A DNA stretch of 64,000 nucleotides from IMG/VR virus record IMGVR_UViG_3300025536_000012, positions 3,496 through 67,495 of that record; one strand, given 5' to 3'. Every line of letters starts with the position of its first letter. Within the stretch, counting starts at the first letter, position 1. Of this stretch, positions 39,419 through 49,252 are shown in pieces. This DNA comes from a virus. The position numbers and the translations under genes are program-made. The notes under the pieces are model-generated. The model made no database searches, was not told where the DNA came from, and worked only from the letters and a program-made list of their open reading frames with translations.

Positions 39419-39734
39419 GTGACCACCACTCAGGCAACTTGATCACAAGATGTCCTTGACTATAATTAGCCCCTTGGATCGCTTCTACTAGATTCCCACC
39501 TACGGCTAGTACCTGTTTGTGGGTCATGTGGAAGGTCGGAAGGATCTTCAATGCCGATCGGGAGATATGCTTCTCCTTGTAGCCATCGGCGACGTGATGG
39601 AGCGTCTTCCACCACTGATCAGTCTCTTCCTCGCTTTGCGGAGGGTGTGTGAGCGCCCATGTCAATGTCTGAGGGCTCTCTCGAAGAGATGTGAAGTGGT
39701 CGTTCAGCAGTAAAACGACGGTATTGAAACCCAA
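39411..39734 (-). CDS. hypothetical protein (107 aa)
   Basis: ORF. Confidence 0.4.
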   Translation of the reverse strand: MGFNTVVLLLNDHFTSLRESPQTLTWALTHPPQSEEETDQWWKTLHHVADGYKEKHISRSALKILPTFHMTHKQVLAVGGNLVEAIQGANYSQGHLVIKLPEWWSRV

Positions 39735-39743
39735 ATTATCTCC

Positions 39744-40271
39744 TTAACTGAGTGGTTTGGTCTTCAGCTTCTTGGCCAACTCAAGAACCCTGGCTCCGTA
39801 GCCCTTTCCACCACAAGCGGTGGTAGGACCCAGGTTGCCACAGTTATGGCCATTGAGCGCCTGAAGAATGTTTCCGTTGGTTCGCTTCAGCCAATAGTTC
39901 AGCTCTGCAACTCCCTCCTTGTAGCCTTTGGAGATGTCTCTCATCTCGAGACATTTGCTCCAACTGTAGAAGGCTCTCGTTTGCAGCACACCGCAGAACC
40001 ACGGACCTTGCCCGGCTTGAGCTCGTGATGGCCAACTTCCTGTGATCCTCTTTCCATCCACCATCCGTGATGTGGCGGTTGAATCGAATCGACTCTCTAT
40101 CCAAGCCAAGGCCAGAAGGATCTCAGCGGCGTCTTCTTTGACGTTGAGGTCCTTTCCGGCTTGCTCCGCAGCCTGTACGTGGATCGCTGCCGATCCTTTG
40201 TTTAGATCACGGGGCCATAGCTCAACAGCTCGAGGGGCCAATGCGAGTAGAAACATCAGAATGAAATGCAT
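39744..40271 (-). CDS. secreted SLT-like lytic transglycosylase (about 175 aa)
   Basis: Signal peptide MHFILMFLLALAPRA after SD aaggagaacaacATG. LLALAWIESRFDSTATS resembles the SLT catalytic E-S motif. Confidence 0.5.
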   Translation of the reverse strand: MHFILMFLLALAPRAVELWPRDLNKGSAAIHVQAAEQAGKDLNVKEDAAEILLALAWIESRFDSTATSRMVDGKRITGSWPSRAQAGQGPWFCGVLQTRAFYSWSKCLEMRDISKGYKEGVAELNYWLKRTNGNILQALNGHNCGNLGPTTACGGKGYGARVLELAKKLKTKPLS

Positions 40272-40299
40272 GTTGTTCTCCTTGAGGGCGGACCATATA

Positions 40300-40599
40300 T
40301 CAATCGAGCCCCATTGAAAGGTGCCCGTGATCATCCAACCTTTCGGTGAACATCAAACCCGGCCCATCTCTATGCTCTTGCTCGTTAAAGAGCTCGATAT
40401 CCCATCCGATCTTTCGATACGTAGCAACAACACGCTGTTGCAACGCCTCGTTCCAGTGAGGGACATTCCTAAATGCCCAATATACTGGCCAATGATGGCA
40501 TTGGACGAGAAACTTGTCGATTTGCTCGCAGACTGCTTCGAATTCGTTCTTGTACTTCGCGGCCCTGTGTTCCCTGGCCTGCGATGGTGAAATAGGCAT
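40300..40599 (-). CDS. hypothetical protein (99 aa)
   Basis: ORF. Confidence 0.4.
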   Translation of the reverse strand: MPISPSQAREHRAAKYKNEFEAVCEQIDKFLVQCHHWPVYWAFRNVPHWNEALQQRVVATYRKIGWDIELFNEQEHRDGPGLMFTERLDDHGHLSMGLD

Positions 40600-40611
40600 C
40601 AGTCACTTCTC

Positions 40612-40884
40612 CTACTTGATGTCTTCGAAGCTGAGTCCCTTCAAGTACCCTTTCGCTTTCGCAAGTTCGAAGGTGTGCATTGACATTTCCTTCAACACCT
40701 TGATCACGTCGTAAACAGCGCTGTTCTCGTCTTTCCCTCCACCATTCATGATGTTTGACATGATGGTCAACGGAATCAGAGGAGCTCCGCTATACGTCGG
40801 AATGGCGACGTAATGCTCTCCGTTGTGGTTCATTGTGTTGGTGATCTGAATCCACATCCATTCCTTCTCTAACAGATTTGCCAT
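40612..40884 (-). CDS. hypothetical protein (90 aa)
   Basis: GGGGATAAGAACGTGGAGGAAACGTTTCATG gives the promoter motif, an SD and the start. Confidence 0.5.
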   Translation of the reverse strand: MANLLEKEWMWIQITNTMNHNGEHYVAIPTYSGAPLIPLTIMSNIMNGGGKDENSAVYDVIKVLKEMSMHTFELAKAKGYLKGLSFEDIK

Positions 40885-40903
40885 GAAACGTTTCCTCCAC
40901 GTT

Positions 40904-40912
40904 CTTATCCCC
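40904..40912 (-). promoter_or_regulatory. promoter-like motif GGGGATAAG
   Basis: Followed by TGGAGG and ATG at the conserved spacing. Confidence 0.45.
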
Positions 40913-41002
40913 GTGCTTGAGGGATTGCGTGCGAGGGTCGTTTAGCCTGATCTCTGCGGCTAAGTTATCCAGTAACCAGTTATCGTCGTACGGAGATGTC
41001 AT

Positions 41003-41163
41003 AGGGAGCTAGTTATCGAACTCTGCGAGACCCTTGCCAAGCTCTTCGTACAACTTCTTTGCAGCCTTTCGGGTCAAGTTCATGTCGATGACCTTGTGGT
41101 CGTCGGTAGTGATCACCAAGGGAATTCGGTCATCCTTGATGTTGAATCGTCTAACTTTCATTA
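41003..41163 (-). CDS. small hypothetical protein (about 50 aa, below the ORF-track cutoff)
   Basis: TAATG overlap with the upstream gene; in-frame to a TAG stop. Confidence 0.3.
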
Positions 41164-41535
41164 TGCGTTATCCTCTAACCATTTGAGACGGAGTTCGAAC
41201 AGACGTCCTCGAGCCTCAGGAGATAGCCCTTCAAAGCAAGGTCCTCCGGCCTTCATGTCGGGGAAGAAGTTGTTCTCGATGTCCTCCCAGACTTGACCGA
41301 AGATGAATCCATTACCACAGGCAAAATGATCGCGTATCTCTACGCACGACAAACACGTCTTGAACGTATCGATACTATCGCCCCACAGCCCTGTGACTCG
41401 TTCGTATTTGTCGCCCTTGGGTATGGTCTCTCCACACTCTGAACATCGATGGTCCTTACGAGCCACCACTCGCTCCTGTGTGAAGAATTTGGGATGGTCA
41501 GCATCGTCGCCACCAGACAAAGGGCAGCACAGCAT
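41161..41535 (-). CDS. zinc-finger protein (124 aa)
   Basis: HRCSECGETIPKGDKY...CLSCVEIRDHFAC cysteine pairs. Confidence 0.5.
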   Translation of the reverse strand: MLCCPLSGGDDADHPKFFTQERVVARKDHRCSECGETIPKGDKYERVTGLWGDSIDTFKTCLSCVEIRDHFACGNGFIFGQVWEDIENNFFPDMKAGGPCFEGLSPEARGRLFELRLKWLEDNA

Positions 41536-41885
41536 TATGAGATCTCGATGCGATGTACAAAAGCCTGATGAAGGATTCCGTGCAGCTCTTCCACGTTCGT
41601 TTGATCTACCGGCTTCTGCATGACCTTGTCTTCGACTCCAGCACAGTGGATCGCAAAAATGACAGCATCACCATCAATGCCCATAGACAAGCCGGTGCAG
41701 AACCCCACCTTGATATCCTCTTGGTTCTTGTACTCGAACGTAATCCCCGTGAACTTGTTAGAGGTCTTGACGTTCTCGACTTCAGCTTCTGTAATCTCTA
41801 TGAACGGAAGAGTGATAGAGACCATCCCCGCCAGCTCTATGAGCATTGCTGGTAGTTTTTCGCTCATACTGGCTTCACAATACAT
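41535..41885 (-). CDS. hypothetical protein (116 aa)
   Basis: ORF; start overlaps the upstream stop. Confidence 0.45.
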   Translation of the reverse strand: MYCEASMSEKLPAMLIELAGMVSITLPFIEITEAEVENVKTSNKFTGITFEYKNQEDIKVGFCTGLSMGIDGDAVIFAIHCAGVEDKVMQKPVDQTNVEELHGILHQAFVHRIEIS

Positions 41886-42106
41886 TCTCCACCATCGACG
41901 TCAATCTCGACGGAGATGTACTCGCCATCACGCACCCACTTCTTACCAACTTCCATCAGCTTCTCGAAGGCTTTGTCATAGACATCTTGAAGTTCATCAG
42001 GATCAAGTTGGTTCTCTTCTCCGGCCTCGTCCCTGATACGAGACGCTTGCTCACTAGCAGCATCTTCAAGAACGTCTGGGGTCTTGAATGTCAGATAGAG
42101 CTTCAT
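41864..42106 (-). CDS. hypothetical acidic protein (80 aa)
   Basis: ORF. Confidence 0.4.
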   Translation of the reverse strand: MKLYLTFKTPDVLEDAASEQASRIRDEAGEENQLDPDELQDVYDKAFEKLMEVGKKWVRDGEYISVEIDVDGGECIVKPV

Positions 42107-42453
42107 TTGTCATTCTCCCATGCAAACGCACCACGTTTTGCAGCAAAATCATCATAGTTCGAGAATATACCCAATCCCTGATCAGAGCAGTTCTCTGACG
42201 AATCCCAGATGTCGTCTGGAAGGAACTTGGCCGAAATCTTCAACTCAGCCAAACGCGCTTCCATCCTCTTGCCGTATTCCCTCTCCCACGAGTCTTTAGA
42301 GTTCTTCAGCTTCTCGATCTCTTCTTCATCGATCTGCTCGGAGGCTGCACAGTCTTCTGGATAGCGCAAAGTCATGTTCAAGAAGGCGATCGGAAGCTTA
42401 TGAGGGATGGCAATAGCCTTGGCTGTCAACAACACGTTCTTGGCATATACCAA
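42103..42453 (-). CDS. hypothetical protein (116 aa)
   Basis: ORF; ATGA overlap. Confidence 0.45.
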   Translation of the reverse strand: MVYAKNVLLTAKAIAIPHKLPIAFLNMTLRYPEDCAASEQIDEEEIEKLKNSKDSWEREYGKRMEARLAELKISAKFLPDDIWDSSENCSDQGLGIFSNYDDFAAKRGAFAWENDK

Positions 42454-42742
42454 GAGCAGTTGAATCGATTATTCAGCCCTCACCTTGGTTCCATCTTCGA
42501 GAACAAGATCCGTCAGTACCTTCAGAGCTTCCTCTGATTCTTTCAGGATCTTTTCCATCATCGCTGTACTCATATCACTCATGGCTTGCGTAGCTCCTTG
42601 AGCTCGTCCTCAGCTTCTTGTTGTGTAGGAAATGAGATCGCCGTCTTCAGCTTGGGATGACGAACAATCCAGCAAGTCGTGTATCCATCACCTTGACAAT
42701 CGCAAGGATACTCTTCGACGTATCCATCTGAATTGCCGCAAC

Positions 42743-43027
42743 TCACCAATCCTCCTCGAGAGCTAGTACTTCGTTCAATGCGTCTCTAAACCAAACAACA
42801 TCCCGCTTCTTGAGTACCGTCTGACATTTCTGATTCAGCACTCGATAGGCGTTTGGGCTGTTCACACGCTCTGGGAGAACTTGCTCCTCAATGAAGAAGA
42901 GGAGATCACCCTTCTGTTTGTCTAGGCGGTACCGCCATCCTGGATCTGCCCTGGGATCATCATCGGGTCGAAGCCAGACAACGCGTTCGTTATCCATCTC
43001 AGTGGCTGGAAGGATGTGTTTACTCAT
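42743..43027 (-). CDS. hypothetical protein (94 aa)
   Basis: ORF. Confidence 0.4.
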   Translation of the reverse strand: MSKHILPATEMDNERVVWLRPDDDPRADPGWRYRLDKQKGDLLFFIEEQVLPERVNSPNAYRVLNQKCQTVLKKRDVVWFRDALNEVLALEEDW

Positions 43028-43030
43028 GGA

Positions 43031-43234
43031 TCACCAATCTCCGTAGATGTAATGGGAGTAGCTGACGTAGAAAATGCCGTTATAGCCACAGCCCAATGGG
43101 CATAGTCCAGAAAGCCTAGGCCATCGACGCCTTATCTCACCAGGATCGCTAATTCCTTTGGCGGCATTCTCGTCGAAAGTGATGCCATGATTGCATGGCG
43201 GTGAGCTTCGATATGGATCGCCAGTACCATTCAT
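43031..43234 (-). CDS. hypothetical small protein (67 aa)
   Basis: ORF. Confidence 0.3.
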   Translation of the reverse strand: MNGTGDPYRSSPPCNHGITFDENAAKGISDPGEIRRRWPRLSGLCPLGCGYNGIFYVSYSHYIYGDW

Positions 43235-43383
43235 CTTACGTGGTTACCAGTTTTGATCCGCCGCGTTTGATGTAGACGGCGCAAGCTCCACAGATATCGA
43301 ACGTCTCGTCATTCTTCTCCGAGCCGTTGACTCCGTACTTGCGAACGAGCTCGTTGGAGCATAAAGGCGTTCCAGCCTCGCAT

Positions 43384-43677
43384 TTACGCTTCTTTCTTTC
43401 TGCCTTTGCCATTAGTCACCTTTGGTTCGAGGTACATGCCTTCTTCAGCTTCCTGAAGAGGGCACCATTTGGGGAACTCTCCGTCCTTAGGGAGTTCGCT
43501 CGGATACTCGATGTAGCCAACAATGTGGCGACCGATCTCCCTATAGTGCTGTTGGTTCTTGGGGGCCTTTGTGCGTGCACATAGATAGTCATCAGCACAA
43601 CCAGCACCGATCGTACGTTCCGTCCTGACGTGAGGGCATTGCTTGATGCAATTGCTAATGACAACTAGCTTCTTCAA
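43384..43677 (-). CDS. Cys-containing small protein (97 aa)
   Basis: ORF with a CIKQCPH...GAGCADDYLCAR pattern. Confidence 0.4.
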   Translation of the reverse strand: MKKLVVISNCIKQCPHVRTERTIGAGCADDYLCARTKAPKNQQHYREIGRHIVGYIEYPSELPKDGEFPKWCPLQEAEEGMYLEPKVTNGKGRKKEA

Positions 43678-43901
43678 TTACCCTCCGCCTTGTTGAGCTC
43701 GGCCTCAAGCTTTGCAGCGAAGCCAGGAGCTTTGAAAGCCTCTTTGAGTGCACGATCCATAGCCTGTGCTCGAGGCCAGCATTCAGTGCACCAGTAAATA
43801 CGCCCTTCCCCAATGTCATCGAAACTGAGGAAACAGTCAGGATGGGCTTCGTTCTCGCAATCCTGACATTTCATATCCAACCAAACCCGCACTTCTTGCA
43901 C
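43674..43901 (-). CDS. zinc-ribbon protein (75 aa)
   Basis: CQDCENEAHPDC...WCTECW. Confidence 0.45.
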   Translation of the reverse strand: MQEVRVWLDMKCQDCENEAHPDCFLSFDDIGEGRIYWCTECWPRAQAMDRALKEAFKAPGFAAKLEAELNKAEGN

Positions 43902-44122
43902 TTACTGAGGAGATCGTCCGTCAGTTCGTGAGGACAAGGGTTTCCACAGTTGGGACATGGTCTATCGATCACCTCAGCGGAGACACAACGACCATATTTG
44001 AGAGGATTGGAGACAAGTTCTTTCACAGCCTTCGATATGCCGTGGTCAGGACAATCTTCGGCCTTGCATTCGGTAGCTGACCTTCCACAGATCCCAATGA
44101 ACACCTTGTTGAATCTACTCAT
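43871..44122 (-). CDS. zinc-ribbon protein (83 aa)
   Basis: CKAEDCPDH...CPNCGNPCPH...CKKCGFGW. Confidence 0.45.
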   Translation of the reverse strand: MSRFNKVFIGICGRSATECKAEDCPDHGISKAVKELVSNPLKYGRCVSAEVIDRPCPNCGNPCPHELTDDLLSKCKKCGFGWI

Positions 44123-44294
44123 CGAACAAGCCCTCGAATATTGCCGAGTGTTTCGGTTTGCTTCTTAACAGCTTCGATTGCACTTTCCCAAGAGGAAGAA
44201 GGCATTCCGTGAGGAGTACCGTAACCAAGAGCCTCCCACAGCTCCCTGCGACATTTCTCTAGCTGTTCATCCGCAGCCTGTTTCTGCCAATTAC

Positions 44295-44525
44295 TCATGG
44301 TGTGTAGCCGCCTTTCTTCATGGTGGCCTCGATCATCTCCTGCTGCGTCTGGGTCAACGGCAACTTGAGGTAGCTCGGAATCGGAGTTCCCTTTCCGCCC
44401 GCCTTCACCTTCCCGTCCTCTTCAGCAATCACATCATCCCAGAGAGACACAAGGCCTTCTCCGTCGACGGTGAGATGGATGAATCCAGTACGCCATGTCT
44501 TGTTCGCAATTTCTTCAGACATCAT
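44295..44525 (-). CDS. hypothetical protein (76 aa)
   Basis: ORF. Confidence 0.4.
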   Translation of the reverse strand: MMSEEIANKTWRTGFIHLTVDGEGLVSLWDDVIAEEDGKVKAGGKGTPIPSYLKLPLTQTQQEMIEATMKKGGYTP

Positions 44526-44711
44526 TTACTCATTCAGTTGGTTGATGATGGTACGACGGGCACGACGACGTTCGGCCTTCTTGTATGGCCTTCTTGAGGC
44601 ATCGCGATTGAATCTCGGTCCGTGCTTGTTGTGCTTCGATTGAACTGCCCAATCTGAATGACCAGGACAGCAATCCATCGGAGCTTTTTGGTTGTGTCCA
44701 TAAGCTTTCAT
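44526..44711 (-). CDS. small basic protein (61 aa)
   Basis: Arg/Lys-rich C-terminus RRPYKKAERRRARR. Confidence 0.35.
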   Translation of the reverse strand: MKAYGHNQKAPMDCCPGHSDWAVQSKHNKHGPRFNRDASRRPYKKAERRRARRTIINQLNE

Positions 44712-44998
44712 TATTTTCTCCTTGGAAATAGGCCAACCTGAGCAAGGCCGTTGACCATGTCAGGGATAGCGATCTCGTAGTTGGGATCTGTGGTCCAGAG
44801 CCGCCAATTCTCCTTGGCACGCTCTAGTTGCTTCATTTTGGTATCGATCTCAAGAGACCAACCGGTACCAGTTCTTGAGATCCATTTGAGCATATCCGCA
44901 AATGAATATCCTCTCCATTTACGAGCCTCAGCTCTGTGTAATGATTCGAGCTCTTTCTCGACCCGCTTTACGCCCCAATCATCCTTGTAGATTGCCAT
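44711..44998 (-). CDS. hypothetical protein (95 aa)
   Basis: ORF. Confidence 0.4.
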   Translation of the reverse strand: MAIYKDDWGVKRVEKELESLHRAEARKWRGYSFADMLKWISRTGTGWSLEIDTKMKQLERAKENWRLWTTDPNYEIAIPDMVNGLAQVGLFPRRK

Positions 44999-45284
44999 CT
45001 ACGTACAACTTCTTGATCGCTTCGAGTGCGGCTTCGGCGGCTCTCGCTTTACGCTCTTCTCTATCTGCCCGCATATTGCGCTCGTGTATGGATTTCTGTA
45101 GGAAGCGGTTTTGCTCCAAAATATCAGCGAGATCCTTTCTCACTCTGTTGAGCTCCGCTTGTAATTCACCGAGTGTTTTCCTCATCACTTCCTCTTGAGT
45201 TTGATGCGGTGAGGGCGATCTGCCTTGCAGAATGTGCGATTCGGCAAATAGCCATGCATTGCGGTCCACATCCTTATCTCGCAA
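44979..45284 (-). CDS. coiled-coil protein (101 aa)
   Basis: Heptad-like ELNRVRKDLADILEQNRFLQK. Confidence 0.4.
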   Translation of the reverse strand: MRDKDVDRNAWLFAESHILQGRSPSPHQTQEEVMRKTLGELQAELNRVRKDLADILEQNRFLQKSIHERNMRADREERKARAAEAALEAIKKLYVDGNLQG

Positions 45285-45320
45285 GGAATGCCTTTACCCA
45301 TGTCACAGACAGGACAACGC

Positions 45321-45833
45321 TCACTGAGCTTTCTTAGGCGGGACTTTGGCTTCTTCATTTAGTTCCTCTAATCGTCTGTTGCAGAGCCCAACAAGCTCCT
45401 CAACGAGCTCTTTGTCTGCTTGCGTTTCTCTGCTAAGAACGTTGTCACAGGACACAAGTAGTTCTGCCACTTGATCTTTCGTGCCCGTTCTGGTCAGGGT
45501 GGTCATGAGTTCGACTAGGAAGCGCATTTCTCGCTTCAACCCTATCAGAGTTGGTGGTCCACAACTATTGATACGATTGTCGGGATACCAACCACCGCCT
45601 ATGTCGTAGACACGGATGATAGTATGGTGCCCAACCTTAGGTACGAATTCAGAGCTCGAAGGAACCCGTAACCATCCATCTAAGACGCCACTCTCCGTGC
45701 GAACTCTCAGATGAAAATCATCGATATCACCCTCGAGCTTATAGATTATCTCGATGACTTCTGCCGTGAGTTCTATGTATCTACCTCCCTCTCGATCAGA
45801 TGGGTATGAGAACCCGGGCTTGAAGAGACTCAT
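45321..45833 (-). CDS. hypothetical protein (170 aa)
   Basis: ORF. Confidence 0.45.
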   Translation of the reverse strand: MSLFKPGFSYPSDREGGRYIELTAEVIEIIYKLEGDIDDFHLRVRTESGVLDGWLRVPSSSEFVPKVGHHTIIRVYDIGGGWYPDNRINSCGPPTLIGLKREMRFLVELMTTLTRTGTKDQVAELLVSCDNVLSRETQADKELVEELVGLCNRRLEELNEEAKVPPKKAQ

Positions 45834-46363
45834 GTGCTTTCTTTTCCCATTAGATCACTGACTGCTCTTCTGAGCTCGGCCATGAGCTGCCATCTGTTAC
45901 CGCTTCGCACAACTGCGATGGCCTTGTCCACAACCGCTTTGGTCTCTTCATCCAAGTTGCGCTGAGACATCCCCAGCTCTCGAGCCAGAACAGCAATCAC
46001 ATCGAGCTCATGACCGGTTAGCAACCAATCGCGCAAGACCTCTAGAAGCTTGGGATCGATATACTGTGAGAAACTAAGACTCTTAGCTTCGTCGAGGTAG
46101 TCTTCACCTGAACGAGTTCGAATCACCTCTGCCTTCTCGATGACTTCCCATTCCATAGAGATCAGAGAGGCCTCGCTATTTCCCTTCTTGGTGGTCCAAT
46201 TAGAGGCTGCGAACCATTTCTCCCCGTTATGGAACTGCCCAACCGAGGCGAGCATGTATCCGCCAATACTTGGTTTGAGAATGAGCTTGTAGAGACCGAG
46301 CTCGAGAGCTGCTACTTCTCTTGGTTTCATGTGGTTTTTATCCCTGTAGAGAAACGAACCCAT
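45830..46363 (-). CDS. putative HTH-containing regulator (177 aa)
   Basis: C-terminal ELDVIAVLARELGMSQRNLDEETKAVVDKAIA resembles a sigma-region-4/HTH segment. Confidence 0.35.
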   Translation of the reverse strand: MGSFLYRDKNHMKPREVAALELGLYKLILKPSIGGYMLASVGQFHNGEKWFAASNWTTKKGNSEASLISMEWEVIEKAEVIRTRSGEDYLDEAKSLSFSQYIDPKLLEVLRDWLLTGHELDVIAVLARELGMSQRNLDEETKAVVDKAIAVVRSGNRWQLMAELRRAVSDLMGKEST

Positions 46364-46583
46364 ACCGCAGCACTTGGATGCCAGACGAATTGGCGATCGT
46401 CAATGACCGCAAGCAAGCGATCTCGAGAGACATATCCTCCGCCTTTGGCGTATGTCCCTTTCTTGCGATACAGGCGAAATCTAATTCGCTTTCGCACTAA
46501 GTCTGAAAGTTGAATGTCGAAATGTACGAAGGCTTCTGGGAATTGATGCTGCGCAAACAACGCCGATACAGCGTATCGATCTT

Positions 46584-47192
46584 CTACCTGATCACTACCC
46601 AATGTCCCATCTCCCCTCTGACTGCGTATTCGGCTCTCACCGGAGCACCAACATACGCATTCTTGATGACAGCGTTGCTGGATTGAACGAGCTCAAGTTG
46701 CCCATCATCGTTGGTCTTAAATGCGACCAGCTTTACTTCATCATCAAGGGAATCACGATGGGGATATTGCCCAAGGACCTTCAACCTAATGTAGAAATTG
46801 CGCCACCCAGACAGTCGTGAGTTGTTGTCCCAATAGACGGTACATCCTGGCCACAACTTCTCAAGTCCTTCCCGCTCACCAATGAGATCGATTTTGACGT
46901 CCCAGAACATGGGTTTGTTTCCAATGCCAAGAACTCTACCAACCTCACGAACAGTTCGTTTCATGCACTCTCTATTTGGGGGGCAACGGTGTTTATCTGC
47001 TGATCGCAACATGCTCATAGACCACCAAGGATTTATCAGACCCTGATCTCTAACACCTGGCTTTAGAATATCCGCTTTTCGTTGCCAACCACAGGTTTCA
47101 CAAGTGATGAAGGCTCTACGATAGCGCTTCAATATCTTGTTATTCCTTTTCCTCTTGGGCACCGGTAGATCTGAGAAGGAAAGAGTTAGCAT
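46584..47192 (-). CDS. hypothetical protein (202 aa)
   Basis: ORF with a basic N-terminus and a CETCGW motif. Confidence 0.45.
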   Translation of the reverse strand: MLTLSFSDLPVPKRKRNNKILKRYRRAFITCETCGWQRKADILKPGVRDQGLINPWWSMSMLRSADKHRCPPNRECMKRTVREVGRVLGIGNKPMFWDVKIDLIGEREGLEKLWPGCTVYWDNNSRLSGWRNFYIRLKVLGQYPHRDSLDDEVKLVAFKTNDDGQLELVQSSNAVIKNAYVGAPVRAEYAVRGEMGHWVVIR

Positions 47193-47204
47193 TACGCTCC
47201 TCCT

Positions 47205-47453
47205 CTAGATAACACCAGCCAAGATCAAGCAGGACTTCACGGCATCGTTATCGCACTCGCTACAAGTGCCTTCTTCCATGTCCGGTTCGCACGAGTCTTG
47301 AATAACAGCGCAAACTGTACAGGCACCAGGAACAACGCCATCGATAGCGAAGTGCTCCAAGAGATCCATGACGGATTCGAAGCCTTGGTCCGTGGCTATC
47401 TTCTTCAGCAGCTCTTTATTGGTGACTGGTGGATATAGGTGGTCGGTTGGCAT
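47205..47453 (-). CDS. Cys-rich small protein (82 aa)
   Basis: CTVCAV...CSECDND. Confidence 0.4.
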   Translation of the reverse strand: MPTDHLYPPVTNKELLKKIATDQGFESVMDLLEHFAIDGVVPGACTVCAVIQDSCEPDMEEGTCSECDNDAVKSCLILAGVI

Positions 47454-47705
47454 TTAGCTCTTCCTCGCTTTAAGGAACTCCTTCACCGAGCGATAGCCTT
47501 GTTCCTTGGCGAGTTCTTTGTTTGTCGGTGCCTTGATGGTCTTGGTCTTGATTTCGCTGCTGTATAGATGCGAGTAGTAGTTGGTCATGATGTCGTGCAT
47601 TCGCGAGCTCGTCAGATCGGCACCATCGGCGACCCACTCAGCAGCGATTTGTATTTCCACTGTCCACTTGTAGAACTTCTTCTTCACATATCCTCCAACG
47701 CGCAT
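47454..47705 (-). CDS. hypothetical protein (83 aa)
   Basis: ORF. Confidence 0.4.
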   Translation of the reverse strand: MRVGGYVKKKFYKWTVEIQIAAEWVADGADLTSSRMHDIMTNYYSHLYSSEIKTKTIKAPTNKELAKEQGYRSVKEFLKARKS

Positions 47706-47977
47706 TTGTTAGAGCAGTAGACCGCGTGCCAATTAGGATGTAGAGGCTTCTTACAGTCCTCGTTCTCACAGGTTCTACCTTCCGCTCTAGGCGTGATACA
47801 GAGCTCGCAGCGATGACCGAAGAACTCCACGCTGGATCAATTACATTGGCCATGGGCTCAACACCGTAATCCTGGAGCTCGTTCAGGTGAATCCTGCACA
47901 CAATCAACCCAGCATGTGGATTACTAGAGTAAAGAGGGTCTCTGCCTGGATCCAGTTGAGGCACCAACTTCAGTAGC

Positions 47978-48322
47978 TCAGCCACAGGTTTCTTCCTTTA
48001 TCTTGCGCAAACGAGCAATCCATTCATTGGGACCAGCGAAGCTGATACGCTGACCGAAGTCATAGCTGTTCAACAGTGCAGCGTAGTGGCTCTGCAACTT
48101 GACCGATTCTTTGAGCGCCTCCCAAATCTCTCCAGTGCTTGGTTTGCCGTCTTCCGGTTGAACCAAACCCAGACCCTCCTCACAGATCATCGCTATACGA
48201 GTTGTGGTTGCTGGAGAGAATGTAGAAGTGGAGCCTGGAGCTTTATCCAAGGCCCATGATCTTAGTTGTTGAAGAGCTGCACGCAGGCGCGCCAGCTCGG
48301 GTTCAATATTGTGGTCAGGCAT
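47978..48322 (-). CDS. hypothetical protein (114 aa)
   Basis: ORF. Confidence 0.45.
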   Translation of the reverse strand: MPDHNIEPELARLRAALQQLRSWALDKAPGSTSTFSPATTTRIAMICEEGLGLVQPEDGKPSTGEIWEALKESVKLQSHYAALLNSYDFGQRISFAGPNEWIARLRKIKEETCG

Positions 48323-48582
48323 TATATGTGTCCCATCGCTTGTTCAACTTGTTTGGCTGTTAGGACGACTCCAAGCTTGTTTGCGAGACCGACAAACTCC
48401 TTGGCCCTATTGGCTCTGAATTTATCCAGTCTCCCCTGAGCATCCATTGCAGCGTCGCAATCCGTGAAGTTTGAGCACTGCCATTCCAGTATTCCGGGGT
48501 GCCACTCGATGTACTTCGCAAGCCGTCTACGCATGCAATGGGCACAGCGTTTGGTCTTGGTTTTGGGTCTTTTGATATACAC
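48322..48582 (-). CDS. small zinc-ribbon protein (86 aa, GTG start)
   Basis: RCAHCMRR...CSNFTDCD. SD aaagagaggaaaccGTG. Reached by an about 240-nt leader from the promoter motif at 48822-48831. Confidence 0.45.
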   Translation of the reverse strand: MYIKRPKTKTKRCAHCMRRRLAKYIEWHPGILEWQCSNFTDCDAAMDAQGRLDKFRANRAKEFVGLANKLGVVLTAKQVEQAMGHI

Positions 48583-48821
48583 GGTTTCCTCTCTTTACGC
48601 AGAGCGCAAATTGCCAGCACAGTGGCTCCACTTGGGAGACCAGAAGCTGTGTTCGTACCAGAGCACCCAACCCACTTGACCCCAGCTTTCAGCGAATGCT
48701 GCCCACATCGGTTTCCTGTCCTTTTGTTTGGCGCAAACGTCGTAGGTAGTGGCTCGAGAAGAGAGCTCTCGTACCCCTAGTCAGAGACAGAAGGTGGCAT
48801 CGGAGATGCCCCTGCTTACAT

Positions 48822-48831
48822 GCTTATCCCC
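48822..48831 (-). promoter_or_regulatory. promoter-like motif GGGGATAAGC
   Basis: Followed by a GGCATCTCCGATGCC hairpin. The stop codon of the 29-aa ORF lies inside the motif. Confidence 0.4.
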
Positions 48832-48913
48832 ACTCCACAGCGTTCCTGCGTGGAAGTTGTAACCGACATGCGAGACGAGATAGAGGCTGGTTTGAGGAGT
48901 TCTTTCCCAGCAT
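48824..48913 (-). CDS. candidate 29-aa small ORF (MLGKNSSNQPLSRLACRLQLPRRNAVEWG)
   Basis: CAGATAAGAGGGAGATG gives promoter motif, SD and ATG in the consensus layout. Its TAA stop sits inside the next GGGGATAAGC motif. Confidence 0.25.
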   Translation of the reverse strand: MLGKNSSNQPLSRLACRLQLPRRNAVEWG

Positions 48914-48919
48914 CTCCCT

Positions 48920-48927
48920 CTTATCTG
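48920..48927 (-). promoter_or_regulatory. promoter-like motif CAGATAAG
   Basis: Same ATAAG, then 1-2 nt, AGGGAG and ATG arrangement as other copies. Confidence 0.3.
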
Positions 48928-49002
48928 AACGAAGCACCTTATGATTACAATTGGTCAAATGCCTCCCAACAGTTCCCTGGTAAGAGATCGGCTACAGCTA
49001 GC

Positions 49003-49040
49003 TAAGAAACGAGGATAGTTCCTCTCTGTTCTAGCTTGTC
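49003..49040 (-). terminator. conserved terminator cassette copy
   Basis: Coding strand AGAACAGAGAGGAACTATCCTCGTTTCTTAGC, i.e. AGAACAGAGG-like box, GAGG..CCTC hairpin and GTTTCTT. Confidence 0.4.
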
Positions 49041-49204
49041 TGCGGCCCCGCATCCAAACCTGCCTTACATCTGGAGTGACTGCCGTAGTCAGCTACATCA
49101 TGCGCTACTAACTTACTAACGTAGGGACGTCCTTCACTAGCAACGAGATACAGACACCTCTCACTTAGCGAAGCCAAGAGCGTAGTCTTATGAGCCAAGA
49201 AAAG

Positions 49205-49252
49205 GAGCGGAGATAATATCTCCACACCAGTACCCAGGATGTTATCCCGGGT
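49205..49252 (-). terminator. tandem hairpins after gene 49256-49459
   Basis: CCCGGGATAACATCCTGGG near-palindrome, then the GGAGATATTATCTCC perfect palindrome followed by GCTCCTTTTCTTGG. Confidence 0.45.

Noticed and set aside
49031-49225. 64-aa minus ORF starting with GTG inside the GGAGATAATATCTCC palindrome.
   Set aside because: It reads straight through two terminator hairpins and a T-run and has no SD; it is likely spurious. The region is treated as non-coding.
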